DNA of 64,000 bases from Geopsychrobacteraceae bacterium (GTDB taxonomy: Bacteria > Desulfobacterota > Desulfuromonadia > Desulfuromonadales > Geopsychrobacteraceae), in contig CAXXGL010000013.1 in NCBI GenBank assembly GCA_963676555.2, forward strand, positions 47,860-111,859, in the 5' to 3' direction. The position numbers and the translations under genes were made by a program. Each line of letters begins with the position of its first letter. The stretch's first letter is position 1. Below are positions 38,123 through 46,119 of the stretch, one piece after another. The notes beneath the pieces were generated by a model. It made no database searches, was not told the DNA's origin, and worked only from the letters and a program-made list of their open reading frames with translations.

Positions 38123-39664
38123 TTAGTAGACTATCCGCAGTTCTCCGGTTGATGTTTTATAAACGTTGCCGCCTTCGGCCCCGCCAGCTATGGCCTCCGC
38201 ATTGTCGGCATAGGTCGGAATTCTCAATTTAAAAACACCCTGCGCCATTTCCCCTTCACCTTCAAACCGGAACCAGTCCCCATATCCACGCAGCACCCGA
38301 TAAGGACTATCAGCGCCGCCCGAAAGATAAATCCCATCCCCGGCGATTCTCACCCGTGGATAAACTTCCCCTTCCGGATTTATTGTCGCATCATAGAGCC
38401 CCTTTGTCGGGTAATAAACGTCAAGCGCCCCCCTATCGTCCAACTCTGAATATATCGCCCCTGTTGTATTGTCCTGCATTGATATTGCAGCCATGCTCGA
38501 CGTTCCCGGCAGCCCAACCGTCAGCGAATCATTCAATGTTTGCCCTTTGAAATTTCCAATATTTGCAGCAAAATCGTTTACCGCGAACTGGTTTTCATAG
38601 CCGCCAATAATAATATTCCTAGAATTACTTATGCTTGTAGACTCATCGTTTAGATCAGAGACAATCGACGGAATAACCCCGTAACCACCCAAGACCAAAT
38701 TCTGACCACTCCCCGCCAAAAACTCAAGGATCGGCCCCGATTCGAAACGACAATTCAGGAAAACATTTTGTGCCCACCTGACAGAAAAAGCCTTTTCCGC
38801 CGCACCTTCCATATTAATCCCAATGAATGTGTTACCGTTGCCGATTTCCGACAGATCGAGCGAAACAGAACCAACCCCGCCCAAGCCGCTATCATTCTTA
38901 ATCAAACCACCGATGAAAGTATTTTGATTTACCCACCCGTGAACCGAATTTGATGTATCAGGCGATGTAAATTTAATGCCGACTTTATTATTGCGGACAT
39001 ACTCAATATTAAACGTGTTGTCCGTGAACCCGGCAGAAACCCCATCATCGTCCGACCCGTAAAGCCTGACCCCGGTATGAAAATTTTCAGCCGATATATT
39101 AAATGTCGAATAGCGCTGATTAACCAGCAGGATACCGACAGAGGTCGAGTCTGTAGAATCCCACTCCAGCGCCGTTTTTTTAACCCGTATCACATGTTGA
39201 CAGATAACCGGCATTCTATCCGGCCCCGCTTCCGTTGCAGTTGTCAGACTACTTTCTACCTTGACCGCAACGCCATTCCCAGAGTAAAGCAACCGCGACC
39301 CATGCCCAAGGCGAAAACTAACACCCTGCGGCACTGTGACCGTGGTCGAGCCAATATAATAATCATGTTCCGGATTACTGGTTACAACCCTGTGACCCGA
39401 AGACAGCGCCGCTGCGATAGCCGCCGAATCATCTGTGATACCATCCCCGACAGCCCCGGCTGAGTCAATAGAATAGGCTTCGGGCAGGTAAGCACTGACA
39501 GTTCCAGAGCGCCCCGGTACGCCGATCATATCAGACCCAAGCCCGGCGTCGTTTGACATAAGTTGGCCGCGATTGACCCCGCCGAACCATGATGCAGAAA
39601 AAGCCGGGCCAGCCAGACCCGGCACGAACGCCAACAGAATAAAAAGTGTTTTAAAGAATCTCAT
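38123..39664 (-). CDS. secreted right-handed beta-helix (pectate-lyase-fold) protein; candidate spike/depolymerase
   Basis: 513 aa. Sec-type signal peptide MRFFKTLFILLAFVPGLAGPAFSA. The GDGITDDSAAIAAAL motif is typical of pectate_lyase_3/tailspike-like beta-helices, and the protein is rich in Gly/Asn/Ser beta-rich repeats. Confidence 0.7.
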   Translation of the reverse strand: MRFFKTLFILLAFVPGLAGPAFSASWFGGVNRGQLMSNDAGLGSDMIGVPGRSGTVSAYLPEAYSIDSAGAVGDGITDDSAAIAAALSSGHRVVTSNPEHDYYIGSTTVTVPQGVSFRLGHGSRLLYSGNGVAVKVESSLTTATEAGPDRMPVICQHVIRVKKTALEWDSTDSTSVGILLVNQRYSTFNISAENFHTGVRLYGSDDDGVSAGFTDNTFNIEYVRNNKVGIKFTSPDTSNSVHGWVNQNTFIGGLIKNDSGLGGVGSVSLDLSEIGNGNTFIGINMEGAAEKAFSVRWAQNVFLNCRFESGPILEFLAGSGQNLVLGGYGVIPSIVSDLNDESTSISNSRNIIIGGYENQFAVNDFAANIGNFKGQTLNDSLTVGLPGTSSMAAISMQDNTTGAIYSELDDRGALDVYYPTKGLYDATINPEGEVYPRVRIAGDGIYLSGGADSPYRVLRGYGDWFRFEGEGEMAQGVFKLRIPTYADNAEAIAGGAEGGNVYKTSTGELRIVY

Positions 39665-39670
39665 ATTTCC

Positions 39671-39835
39671 TCACTCAGAACCGCCGATTTTGAAATGATT
39701 CGGGCACAGTCGCAGTTCATCTTTCAATGTTGTTATTTCGGTTTCGTGCTTCCAAACCTTATGCACGATCCACGCAAATGCCCCGGTCTGCACAGATAGC
39801 AGAGCGGCAATAATAACAAGAAGAAATTCAAGCAT
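39671..39835 (-). CDS. small membrane protein (54 aa, not in ORF track)
   Basis: Hand-translated as MLEFLLVIIAALLSVQTGAFAWIVHKVWKHETEITTLKDELRLCPNHFKIGGSE. Its ATG overlaps the upstream stop (TGATG). It ends 6 nt before the next gene, whose RBS is GAGGAAAT. Confidence 0.45.
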   Translation of the reverse strand: MLEFLLVIIAALLSVQTGAFAWIVHKVWKHETEITTLKDELRLCPNHFKIGGSE

Positions 39836-40050
39836 CAGGCATCCTCATAATCAGGAATATTGAATATCCCCCGGAGCGCCTTCAAAACAGGAAGCATGGC
39901 ATCGTCAACCCTGCTATCGGACTCGGAAATCTTTTCCTCAATGATATCTATCAGTCCGTCAAGCCAGCGCTTTATTTGCTCATCCGGAAATGCCATAAGC
40001 AGAGCGTTGACGATGGAAGGAAGGATCATTTCAATAATTTTTGCTTTCAT
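39835..40050 (-). CDS. hypothetical acidic protein (71 aa)
   Basis: ORF with RBS AAAGGGGAG, preceded by a 100-bp AT-rich gap containing a promoter-like TTTACA-N18-TTATTA on the minus strand. Confidence 0.5.
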   Translation of the reverse strand: MKAKIIEMILPSIVNALLMAFPDEQIKRWLDGLIDIIEEKISESDSRVDDAMLPVLKALRGIFNIPDYEDA

Positions 40051-40151
40051 TGCACTCCCCTTTGTTAGAATAGTTAAATTTTTGTTCGTAAAAAAATGAT
40101 AATAAAAACAATCAGTTATGACCTGTAAAAAAGTTAAGATCCTGGTCGCAA

Positions 40152-40406
40152 CTAATCACCATAAATAGAACCTGTGTGAAACAGGTCATACATGTCAGCT
40201 CCGAATGATTCATCAGAGCCTGAAAGCCCTTTCCAGAGTCCGTCAAAGGCGCGATTTGCAATATTGTTTTCACTGGTCGGATTCAAAGCGCCGTCCGGTT
40301 CCGTGAACTCTGCGGCAACCTTCTTAATATTGCGCTGCTGCCACCAGATCAGACCGGCCCCGGCTGCGACCATGACAAGAACCGCTCTATAATCAATATT
40401 GATCAT
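40152..40406 (-). CDS. small membrane protein (84 aa, N-terminal TM)
   Basis: TM segment AVLVMVAAGAGLIWW. The start overlaps the SLT gene stop by 4 nt. Confidence 0.55.
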   Translation of the reverse strand: MINIDYRAVLVMVAAGAGLIWWQQRNIKKVAAEFTEPDGALNPTSENNIANRAFDGLWKGLSGSDESFGADMYDLFHTGSIYGD

Positions 40407-40879
40407 GTCAACCCCACATCTTTTGAAATATCGGAAACATAAGCGACCGTTTCAGCGGGCCATGACCGGCCCCGCTCAACATTTCCGATTCCGAAGTTAT
40501 ACGCAGCAAGCGCAAGCCGCCATGAGCCGAGACGCCCGAACAACCAACGGAGATAGCGCCCCGTCGCATCAATCGACTGATAAGGATCAAGCGGATCAAT
40601 GCCGTAATCCGCCGCTGTTCCAGGCATGAATTGCATTAATCCGAGCGCACCCGCTTGAGAAACCGCCGCCGGATCGTATCGGCTTTCTTGATAAGCGATA
40701 CGAGAAAGCAAACCGGCAGGGAGACTATAACGCTCTTCGGCCTGTTGAAATGCAGCGTCATACTGTTGCCCCGCTGCTGGCGTTGACCAGGCCGACTGAG
40801 GTTTTAACAGCAGATATAAGGCAAACGCCGCCGGAGCTACCCACTTTACCGCCCACTCTCTGAAGTCCTTTTCCTTCAT
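40403..40879 (-). CDS. lytic transglycosylase (SLT domain)
   Basis: 158 aa with an N-terminal hydrophobic segment. SLT motifs: YQESRYDP (catalytic Glu-Ser), GLMQFMP and AAYNFG. Confidence 0.85.
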   Translation of the reverse strand: MKEKDFREWAVKWVAPAAFALYLLLKPQSAWSTPAAGQQYDAAFQQAEERYSLPAGLLSRIAYQESRYDPAAVSQAGALGLMQFMPGTAADYGIDPLDPYQSIDATGRYLRWLFGRLGSWRLALAAYNFGIGNVERGRSWPAETVAYVSDISKDVGLT

Positions 40880-41448
40880 ACCTTCAGCACCGTTATTGCG
40901 ACATCAATAGCCGCCGCTGCCGGGTTGTAGACATAGATCGCCCCGCCGGTTTTAATGACCGCTTCTGAATAGGGATTCAAGGGCTTGCCCCTTTTGTCCC
41001 CAGTGTTTATGTCACCTATCCGCAGCTTTTCAGCGGATAGGTTTTCTATCAGGACTTCAATAGCGTTTGCATGACCGGCATAGACCAGCGTTGTCCCTGC
41101 TGCCGCGCACGACACATCCGCCGCCGTTTCGACCGTCAAGGATCGTTCAACCGGAGCGGTCAGGTTGGCAATTTCAATATCGTCAATATTGATCTGCCCG
41201 TTTGAGCTGTAAGCCTGGATCGTCTGAGCACTGGCCGTTTCTATCTGAAACGACATGGGCCGCTCATCAAAACCGGCAAAGAAGGTAAAACGCTTGTCCA
41301 CGTTTTCCGCCCTGCCGAGGATTGTGTTTTGAGGCCCTAATATTGTCAGCGTTACCGGATAGTCAGGCTTTTTGAGTACCAGCGACCGAGCGCCTAAAAT
41401 CTTCATGCTCTGACCGGCTGTCAGTGCTTGCGTGTGAGTATTAATCAT
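40876..41448 (-). CDS. beta-rich virion protein candidate (vertex/penton-like)
   Basis: 190 aa from ATG 41448, which overlaps the upstream stop (ATGA). No TM; composition rich in beta-strand formers. Function is inferred from position only. Confidence 0.5.
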   Translation of the reverse strand: MINTHTQALTAGQSMKILGARSLVLKKPDYPVTLTILGPQNTILGRAENVDKRFTFFAGFDERPMSFQIETASAQTIQAYSSNGQINIDDIEIANLTAPVERSLTVETAADVSCAAAGTTLVYAGHANAIEVLIENLSAEKLRIGDINTGDKRGKPLNPYSEAVIKTGGAIYVYNPAAAAIDVAITVLKV

Positions 41449-41840
41449 CCGTTTGCCCTCCAAATCCAGAGCGCGACAACACCGAGAACCCCGGCCCCTA
41501 TTGCAAGTTTCTGATAATCGACCGCGCCATTTGCCGTTTGAAATGCGGTCTGGATCGCGGCACCGGTGCGCTGGATTGCTTCGCTTGCGCTTTCCGCGAG
41601 TTGCTCCCTGTAATCCGCTGTTTCCCGCGTGCGGTTTTCTTCGATCTGTTCAGCAAAGCCGACAACGGTATCAAAGTTTTCTCCGCTTTCCTCGATTGCG
41701 ACCCGCGCAAGATCAAAAGCCCCTGGGTCAACCAGGGTATTATCAGAGCCATAAATAGCCACGGCCCCATTATCAGCACCCTGGGTAACGGTCGTTAGAT
41801 TTGTTGTGCTCTTCGATTTTGAACTTGAAAAAAGGCCCAT
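41445..41840 (-). CDS. C-tail-anchored membrane protein (131 aa)
   Basis: Ser/Thr-rich N-terminus, an acidic middle and a single C-terminal TM (LAIGAGVLGVVALWIW). Confidence 0.55.
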   Translation of the reverse strand: MGLFSSSKSKSTTNLTTVTQGADNGAVAIYGSDNTLVDPGAFDLARVAIEESGENFDTVVGFAEQIEENRTRETADYREQLAESASEAIQRTGAAIQTAFQTANGAVDYQKLAIGAGVLGVVALWIWRANG

Positions 41841-41844
41841 AGCT

Positions 41845-42027
41845 TCACCGCCTTCTCAATAACAGAATGACAACCACAACCCCGGCAAACAGAACGACAT
41901 TGTTCACCGCCTTAACAGGGCTCGTGTCACCATCGAAATATATAGAACCTCCGTGAACCGTTCCGCCATATGCCGAGCTTTCAGCATTAGCGGCAGAACT
42001 CAAAGAAGGCAAAATAGGAACGCCCAT
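41845..42027 (-). CDS. small C-tail-anchored membrane protein (60 aa)
   Basis: C-terminal TM VVLFAGVVVVILLL followed by RRR. Lies 4 nt upstream of the next gene. Confidence 0.5.
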   Translation of the reverse strand: MGVPILPSLSSAANAESSAYGGTVHGGSIYFDGDTSPVKAVNNVVLFAGVVVVILLLRRR

Positions 42028-42040
42028 AACCGACCCCCCC

Positions 42041-42367
42041 CTATTTCAACAGTTTCAACAGAACCGCAGTACCGAGCGCCCCGGCTGAGACATAAAGTGC
42101 CGTCTTGTTCAGTTGCAGCCCCCACAGATTGACCACACCTACCGGGGCCGGTTGACCGGCAGGAACAACGCCAGCAGCCGCAGTATCAGCGCCAGCAGCC
42201 GCCGGAGCCTTTTCGACCGGATCAGTGCCGAATTTATCCTCAGCCCAGAGAGTTCCGACCGTTCGCCCCAGGTCAAAGGCCGTATCGGAAAGTTTATTCA
42301 ACCAGCTTGAAAAGCCGCCGCCGCTTTGATTCGCTTCCGCCGCCGCCAGATTTGCAATATCTCCCAT
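42041..42367 (-). CDS. C-tail-anchored membrane protein (108 aa)
   Basis: Ala/Gly/Pro-rich linker and a C-terminal TM (ALYVSAGALGTAVLLKLL). RBS AGGGAAAAGAA upstream. Confidence 0.55.
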   Translation of the reverse strand: MGDIANLAAAEANQSGGGFSSWLNKLSDTAFDLGRTVGTLWAEDKFGTDPVEKAPAAAGADTAAAGVVPAGQPAPVGVVNLWGLQLNKTALYVSAGALGTAVLLKLLK

Positions 42368-42447
42368 TGTTCTTTTCCCTTCTGATAATAAAAAAGGGGC
42401 CGGGCCTATGCCCTAGCCCCTTTTCAGGTTGTTATTTTTCGTTACTG

Positions 42448-43254
42448 CTACAGTTGCGACAGCCGTGCATAGTATTCTGCAATGGTATTGACAACGCCGG
42501 TTGCTCCGACCGTCAATTCAAACTGCAGGCTTTGAGCATTGCCATTGTTGATCACCCGTTTCATATCACCGTTAACCACGGGGTCATAAACAAAGTGTCC
42601 GTTCTGCGCGGCCATGTCGCGTTCCTCCTGGAGAAACTGAGCGACAGTAACTGGAATTTGATCAAAAATAGCCAAGCCGTTTTTCTTGACGGTCAGTTCA
42701 GTCGGAGAGCCGCCAAAAAAATGAACCCGCTTGATATAGTTGTCAGTGCCAGGGCCATGCGGCAGGACAATCGGAAACTTTCCGGTCGAAGAAAAGTTGT
42801 TACCCTGGGGAATCATGGCCAGAATTCGGGTTTCTTCGGTCAGCGCTTGCGCCTCCGAGATTTCCGCATAACCAACCAGAGTCGGAGCGGTTGCCCCGGC
42901 GATAGTGACTTCAACGGTAAAGCTGGTCACGCCCTGCGCTGTCGGGATCGCCCCGGCATTCATCCCGGCGAGATTCGCAGCAATTTGTGCCGGTTCGGTG
43001 AAGTCGAGCGAGATATAACCCGCATCGTCAGGAATGCCCCGGTATTTGTTGATTGTGTCAAGCTGTGATCCGGTCAGATCGTAAAAGATTTTTCCGTTCA
43101 GCTTGCAGACGATCCGCGAAAGCATGGCCTTTGTCAGAGCAGTTCCTCCGAGCGCCAGAATGATCCGGTGATAGGTCGGCCCGAGTTCACATTCATGGAC
43201 CGCAGTACCAGCGGCAACCACATTCTGAAAAGGAAGCATTTTTTTTGTCAGCAT
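42448..43254 (-). CDS. major capsid protein candidate (PM2 P2-like, jelly-roll)
   Basis: 268 aa, no TM, beta-rich. It is the largest soluble protein of the structural block. Its length and N-terminal pattern (F.NV.AG......L..G.TY..I.L) resemble PM2 P2 as I recall it; not verified by search. Confidence 0.55.
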   Translation of the reverse strand: MLTKKMLPFQNVVAAGTAVHECELGPTYHRIILALGGTALTKAMLSRIVCKLNGKIFYDLTGSQLDTINKYRGIPDDAGYISLDFTEPAQIAANLAGMNAGAIPTAQGVTSFTVEVTIAGATAPTLVGYAEISEAQALTEETRILAMIPQGNNFSSTGKFPIVLPHGPGTDNYIKRVHFFGGSPTELTVKKNGLAIFDQIPVTVAQFLQEERDMAAQNGHFVYDPVVNGDMKRVINNGNAQSLQFELTVGATGVVNTIAEYYARLSQL

Positions 43255-43288
43255 GTCAGTCCCCTTTAATCAACAACGTCAATCAACA

Positions 43289-43450
43289 ATGTCAGCGGCT
43301 TTTTTTGCCATATCGCCAACAGTACCGCCGACAGCGTTACCACCAGCACGAAGCCCCCAGCCAACCAGACCGCCGACCGCGAGAGTCAGCACAGCCGTTG
43401 CCACAAATTTTGTGTCCAGAGTTACCCCGAAAAGTTTCATTTTTCGCCCC
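43289..43450 (-). CDS. small membrane protein (53 aa, not in ORF track)
   Basis: Hand-translated as MKLFGVTLDTKFVATAVLTLAVGGLVGWGLRAGGNAVGGTVGDMAKKAADIVD. RBS AAAGGGG upstream; one TM. Confidence 0.45.
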
Positions 43451-43505
43451 TTTGAAAGTCAGTTTACAAAATGATTATTTAAAACTGCCTAACCAGATAC
43501 AACAA

Positions 43506-43534
43506 AGCCGGAGCATTTACAATATGCCCCGGCT
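43506..43534 (-). terminator. hairpin between early and structural modules
   Basis: Minus strand reads AGCCGGGGCAT-ATTGTAA-ATGCTCCGGCT (one G-U pair), followed by TTGTTGT. The U-tract is weak. Confidence 0.35.
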
Positions 43535-43562
43535 ATTTTCAGCTCTACGTCAATACAGATCG

Positions 43563-43733
43563 TTATTTTTTAAATCTTTCAGCGTCCAGGCGTGACCATA
43601 CGCATTGCCTCGAAACGAAAATCCCGTACCTCAATTCAAGCCGATTTTTTATCTGTGTTGCGGTCAAATTATATTCCTTTTGAGCTTCCAACATTTCCGA
43701 CCAGACGTCATCAGGTATAACCTTATCAGCCAT
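43563..43733 (-). CDS. small HTH-like protein (56 aa, not in ORF track)
   Basis: Hand-translated as MADKVIPDDVWSEMLEAQKEYNLTATQIKNRLELRYGIFVSRQCVWSRLDAERFKK. The segment LTATQIKNRL..GI.VSRQCVWSRL looks like a helix-turn-helix. The ATG lies 4 nt after the upstream stop. Confidence 0.45.
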   Translation of the reverse strand: MADKVIPDDVWSEMLEAQKEYNLTATQIKNRLELRYGIFVSRQCVWSRLDAERFKK

Positions 43734-43736
43734 TGT

Positions 43737-44000
43737 TCACCCCTCCCGAAGCAAGGTTACATTTTCAATTTTGATCTGTTCCGGCAGGATCAAGCCGTCT
43801 GTCAGGTCTGAAAACTTCTGTCTTGCATTGACTGCTGCTGATTCCTGATTTTTCGCGAAAATTCCAATGGTTTTATGCAGCTTCTTAAATCTCATTCTCA
43901 CATCATATAAGTGCATCTGAGTCGTCCCTTCTCCGGCGATAAAGCCGAAAGAAAACCCGCCGAAAAGACCAGATTTCACAGCGGCTGTAATCTCCCTCAA
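43737..44000 (-). CDS. hypothetical protein (87 aa from TTG; 59 aa if ATG 43916)
   Basis: ORF-track ORF with a Gly-rich hydrophobic N-terminal stretch. The start codon is uncertain. Confidence 0.4.
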   Translation of the reverse strand: MREITAAVKSGLFGGFSFGFIAGEGTTQMHLYDVRMRFKKLHKTIGIFAKNQESAAVNARQKFSDLTDGLILPEQIKIENVTLLREG

Positions 44001-44039
44001 TCAGCCAGTAAAAGCCGAACGGTAGTCTTTGCCAGATCA

Positions 44040-44564
44040 TCAAAACGCCCTGTCCTTTGTCACCTTGCCGAATGACGGCACATAGAAAAACTGTCCCTGT
44101 TCAAGCTGCGGAACATCATCAATATATGGCTTCAAATCCGGGAAAGATCGCGCCAGCTCTCTGGCATCCTCCGAACCCTGGCGGAAAATAAAAAGGTTGC
44201 TGCACTGTTCGCGGATCGTCTTGTCAAGCATGGCCCCGCGCTGAGTGATAAAAAATGCTTGATGCCCTAATCCCCGGTGCATGGTTGCAATTTTCCGCAC
44301 AGCCCCGGCATGGGCACCGACCGTTTCCCCTGATTCATCCAGGACAAGCAAACAATCGGTTTCAGCTTCGGCCACTTCCAGAAATTCGGCAGGATCGCCG
44401 GTGATAAAATCAGCCAGAAAGCCGGGGTCAATCTTCGGATCGAGCACCAGGATTTTTTTATATTTCCCCGACCGGCGGAAGTGATCACGAATCAAGCGCT
44501 TAACTATTGCGCTTTTTCCGGTGTCGGTTTTTCCTGTGACCAGGGTATGAACGCCGCTTTTCAT
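44040..44564 (-). CDS. small P-loop ATPase (candidate genome-packaging ATPase, FtsK/HerA- or Zot-like)
   Basis: 174 aa, no TM. Walker A VTGKTDTGKS; Walker B LLVLDESGE. Confidence 0.75.
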   Translation of the reverse strand: MKSGVHTLVTGKTDTGKSAIVKRLIRDHFRRSGKYKKILVLDPKIDPGFLADFITGDPAEFLEVAEAETDCLLVLDESGETVGAHAGAVRKIATMHRGLGHQAFFITQRGAMLDKTIREQCSNLFIFRQGSEDARELARSFPDLKPYIDDVPQLEQGQFFYVPSFGKVTKDRAF

Positions 44565-44706
44565 TTTTTCTTTCCCCTCTTGCTTGCCTTTTTTCGCGTT
44601 CTACCTGTTGGCGTCTTAGTCACCCTTCCATCTGGCTGCAAATACATTCCACATTTTTCACACTTACATTATCCCGGACGATAAACCCACAAATGACGGC
44701 ACTTTT

Positions 44707-45618
44707 TCATTCCTGCGCCCCCTGCTCTTTTTCCTGCTCCGGCTTTTCCGCTGTGCGTTTGCCGGAAAGCCAGCCTTTTAACCGATGCCAGCGAATGCCT
44801 ACCCACTCCCAAAAAGACTGGCGGCGTTCCGGTCTGTCAGGATGAAAAACGATAACGCCGGTTGTGGTCAGCAGACCGCCGAAAAAGATCGCTTCCGGTG
44901 ATAACCTGGGGCCGCCGCCGCGCTTGATCATCATTTCAACCCCGCTTGCTTCAATCAGGTCATAGACTTTGACTTTGAACTGTCCTTGTCCAATCTCGTA
45001 ATTCATGACCTCTTTGACGGCCTTTTCCCCTGATACCTGTGACATAATTGCAGAGTGACCTGCAAGAATCGCTTTTGTGGTCAGGATTGCTTTTTGCTGG
45101 ATTGCGGCGGCTTCCGCTTCCGCGCTGGCCTGTACCTGCTCCGCCGCATCTGCATTATCAACCTTCTGCTGAATATTCGGCGGACGCTTCGGAAGTTTTT
45201 TACGGTCAGAAGCTTTTGCGGATCTCTTCAGCTTCCAAAAGCCCCGCGCTGTTTTCGGCGGAATGCCGGTTTTCGGATCAGCTTTATTTTCACAATAGTC
45301 CGGATGCCAATAACAGCCTGAGCTGTCTTTCAGAAAGCGCCAATCCTGCCCCGCTTCTGCTGCGGTTTTCTGATCCTGTTCAATTGTGCGTTTTTCCTGC
45401 GTAGCTTTGACGAAATGATCCTGTTTTTCCGGTTTTGCGTCTTCCAAACTTCTGGCTATTTCTTCTATGTGATCATCAGCCCCGGCAATTTCTTTTTCTT
45501 CAGGTAAGATAGGATCAGCCGCCGGTGGTTTTTCTTCCGGCGGCTGATTTTCGGAATGTTGCTTTTCGGTCGGTTCTTTTGTTTCAGGCGGGATGTTTTG
45601 ATCTTCTGACTTGTCCAC
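44707..45618 (-). CDS. Pro/Glu/Lys-rich low-complexity protein with C-terminal TM
   Basis: GTG 45618 is preceded by GGAGGT; the ORF-track start is 45669. The N-terminal half looks disordered (PPETKEPTEKQ..PPEEKPP), there is an Ala/Glu/Gln coiled region, and a TM AIFFGGLLTTTGVIVF. Confidence 0.55.
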   Translation of the reverse strand: MDKSEDQNIPPETKEPTEKQHSENQPPEEKPPAADPILPEEKEIAGADDHIEEIARSLEDAKPEKQDHFVKATQEKRTIEQDQKTAAEAGQDWRFLKDSSGCYWHPDYCENKADPKTGIPPKTARGFWKLKRSAKASDRKKLPKRPPNIQQKVDNADAAEQVQASAEAEAAAIQQKAILTTKAILAGHSAIMSQVSGEKAVKEVMNYEIGQGQFKVKVYDLIEASGVEMMIKRGGGPRLSPEAIFFGGLLTTTGVIVFHPDRPERRQSFWEWVGIRWHRLKGWLSGKRTAEKPEQEKEQGAQE

Positions 45619-45688
45619 TTTATGACCTCCGGTTGAAATAGCTACCAAATAGTAACTATCGTTTAGCACTTGACGCCGGTCAGGTCAA

Positions 45689-45719
45689 TATCAATGTGAC
45701 ATATTATGTCACATTGATA
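45689..45719. repeat. 31-bp perfect palindrome
   Basis: TATCAATGTGACATA-T-TATGTCACATTGATA, with 15-bp arms checked base by base. It overlaps the stop codon of the 45709-45915 ORF and lies about 70 nt upstream of the next gene. Confidence 0.95.
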
Positions 45720-45915
45720 AATCAGCCATGATCTGAAAGAGCAATCGGTTTGCTTGATCCAGTTCCATGTTGATGATTGTCACCCGCCCCGCGCCGTCAG
45801 TCGGGAGCATTTTTGAATGGTCGTTTGCATTCCGTAAAACGGACATGACATGGATAAGCTGATCGCGCAAATAGCCTTTAGTGATTTGTTTCTGCTGGGT
45901 TTCGTTGTGTGACAT
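45709..45915 (-). CDS. hypothetical protein (68 aa)
   Basis: ATG 45915 is preceded by AAAGGGA; the ORF track extends to 45942. No recognisable family. Confidence 0.45.
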   Translation of the reverse strand: MSHNETQQKQITKGYLRDQLIHVMSVLRNANDHSKMLPTDGAGRVTIINMELDQANRLLFQIMADLSM

Positions 45916-46119
45916 AAAAAATCCCTTTTCTAATGTTTTCAATAGGTTATCTATGATAAAGCATGTTTATGTTTGCGGAGCGTCAAGGCTGCATAAATCG
46001 GCGGATTCTGCTGCTGTTGCGTTGATTTTCCGCGCCCGCCAAAGATTAAAAACCTTTTCAGATTGAAAAAATTACTGTAAATTTTGCTGAAACTTTCACC
46101 CAAACCGCAGGAGGGAAAA

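Noticed and set aside
43903-44040. 45-codon ORF starting at an ATG overlapping the ATPase stop (TGATG), in a different frame from the 43737-44000 ORF.
   Set aside because: The product (MIWQRLPFGFYWLIEGDYSRCEIWSFRRVFFRLYRRRRDD...) has a non-protein-like Trp/Arg/Phe composition, and the other frame looks more coding. It cannot be fully excluded.
45689-45719. The 31-bp palindrome as a rho-independent terminator.
   Set aside because: A perfect palindrome leaves a loop of only about 1-3 nt, and there is no U-tract on either strand. Protein binding or cruciform function is more plausible.
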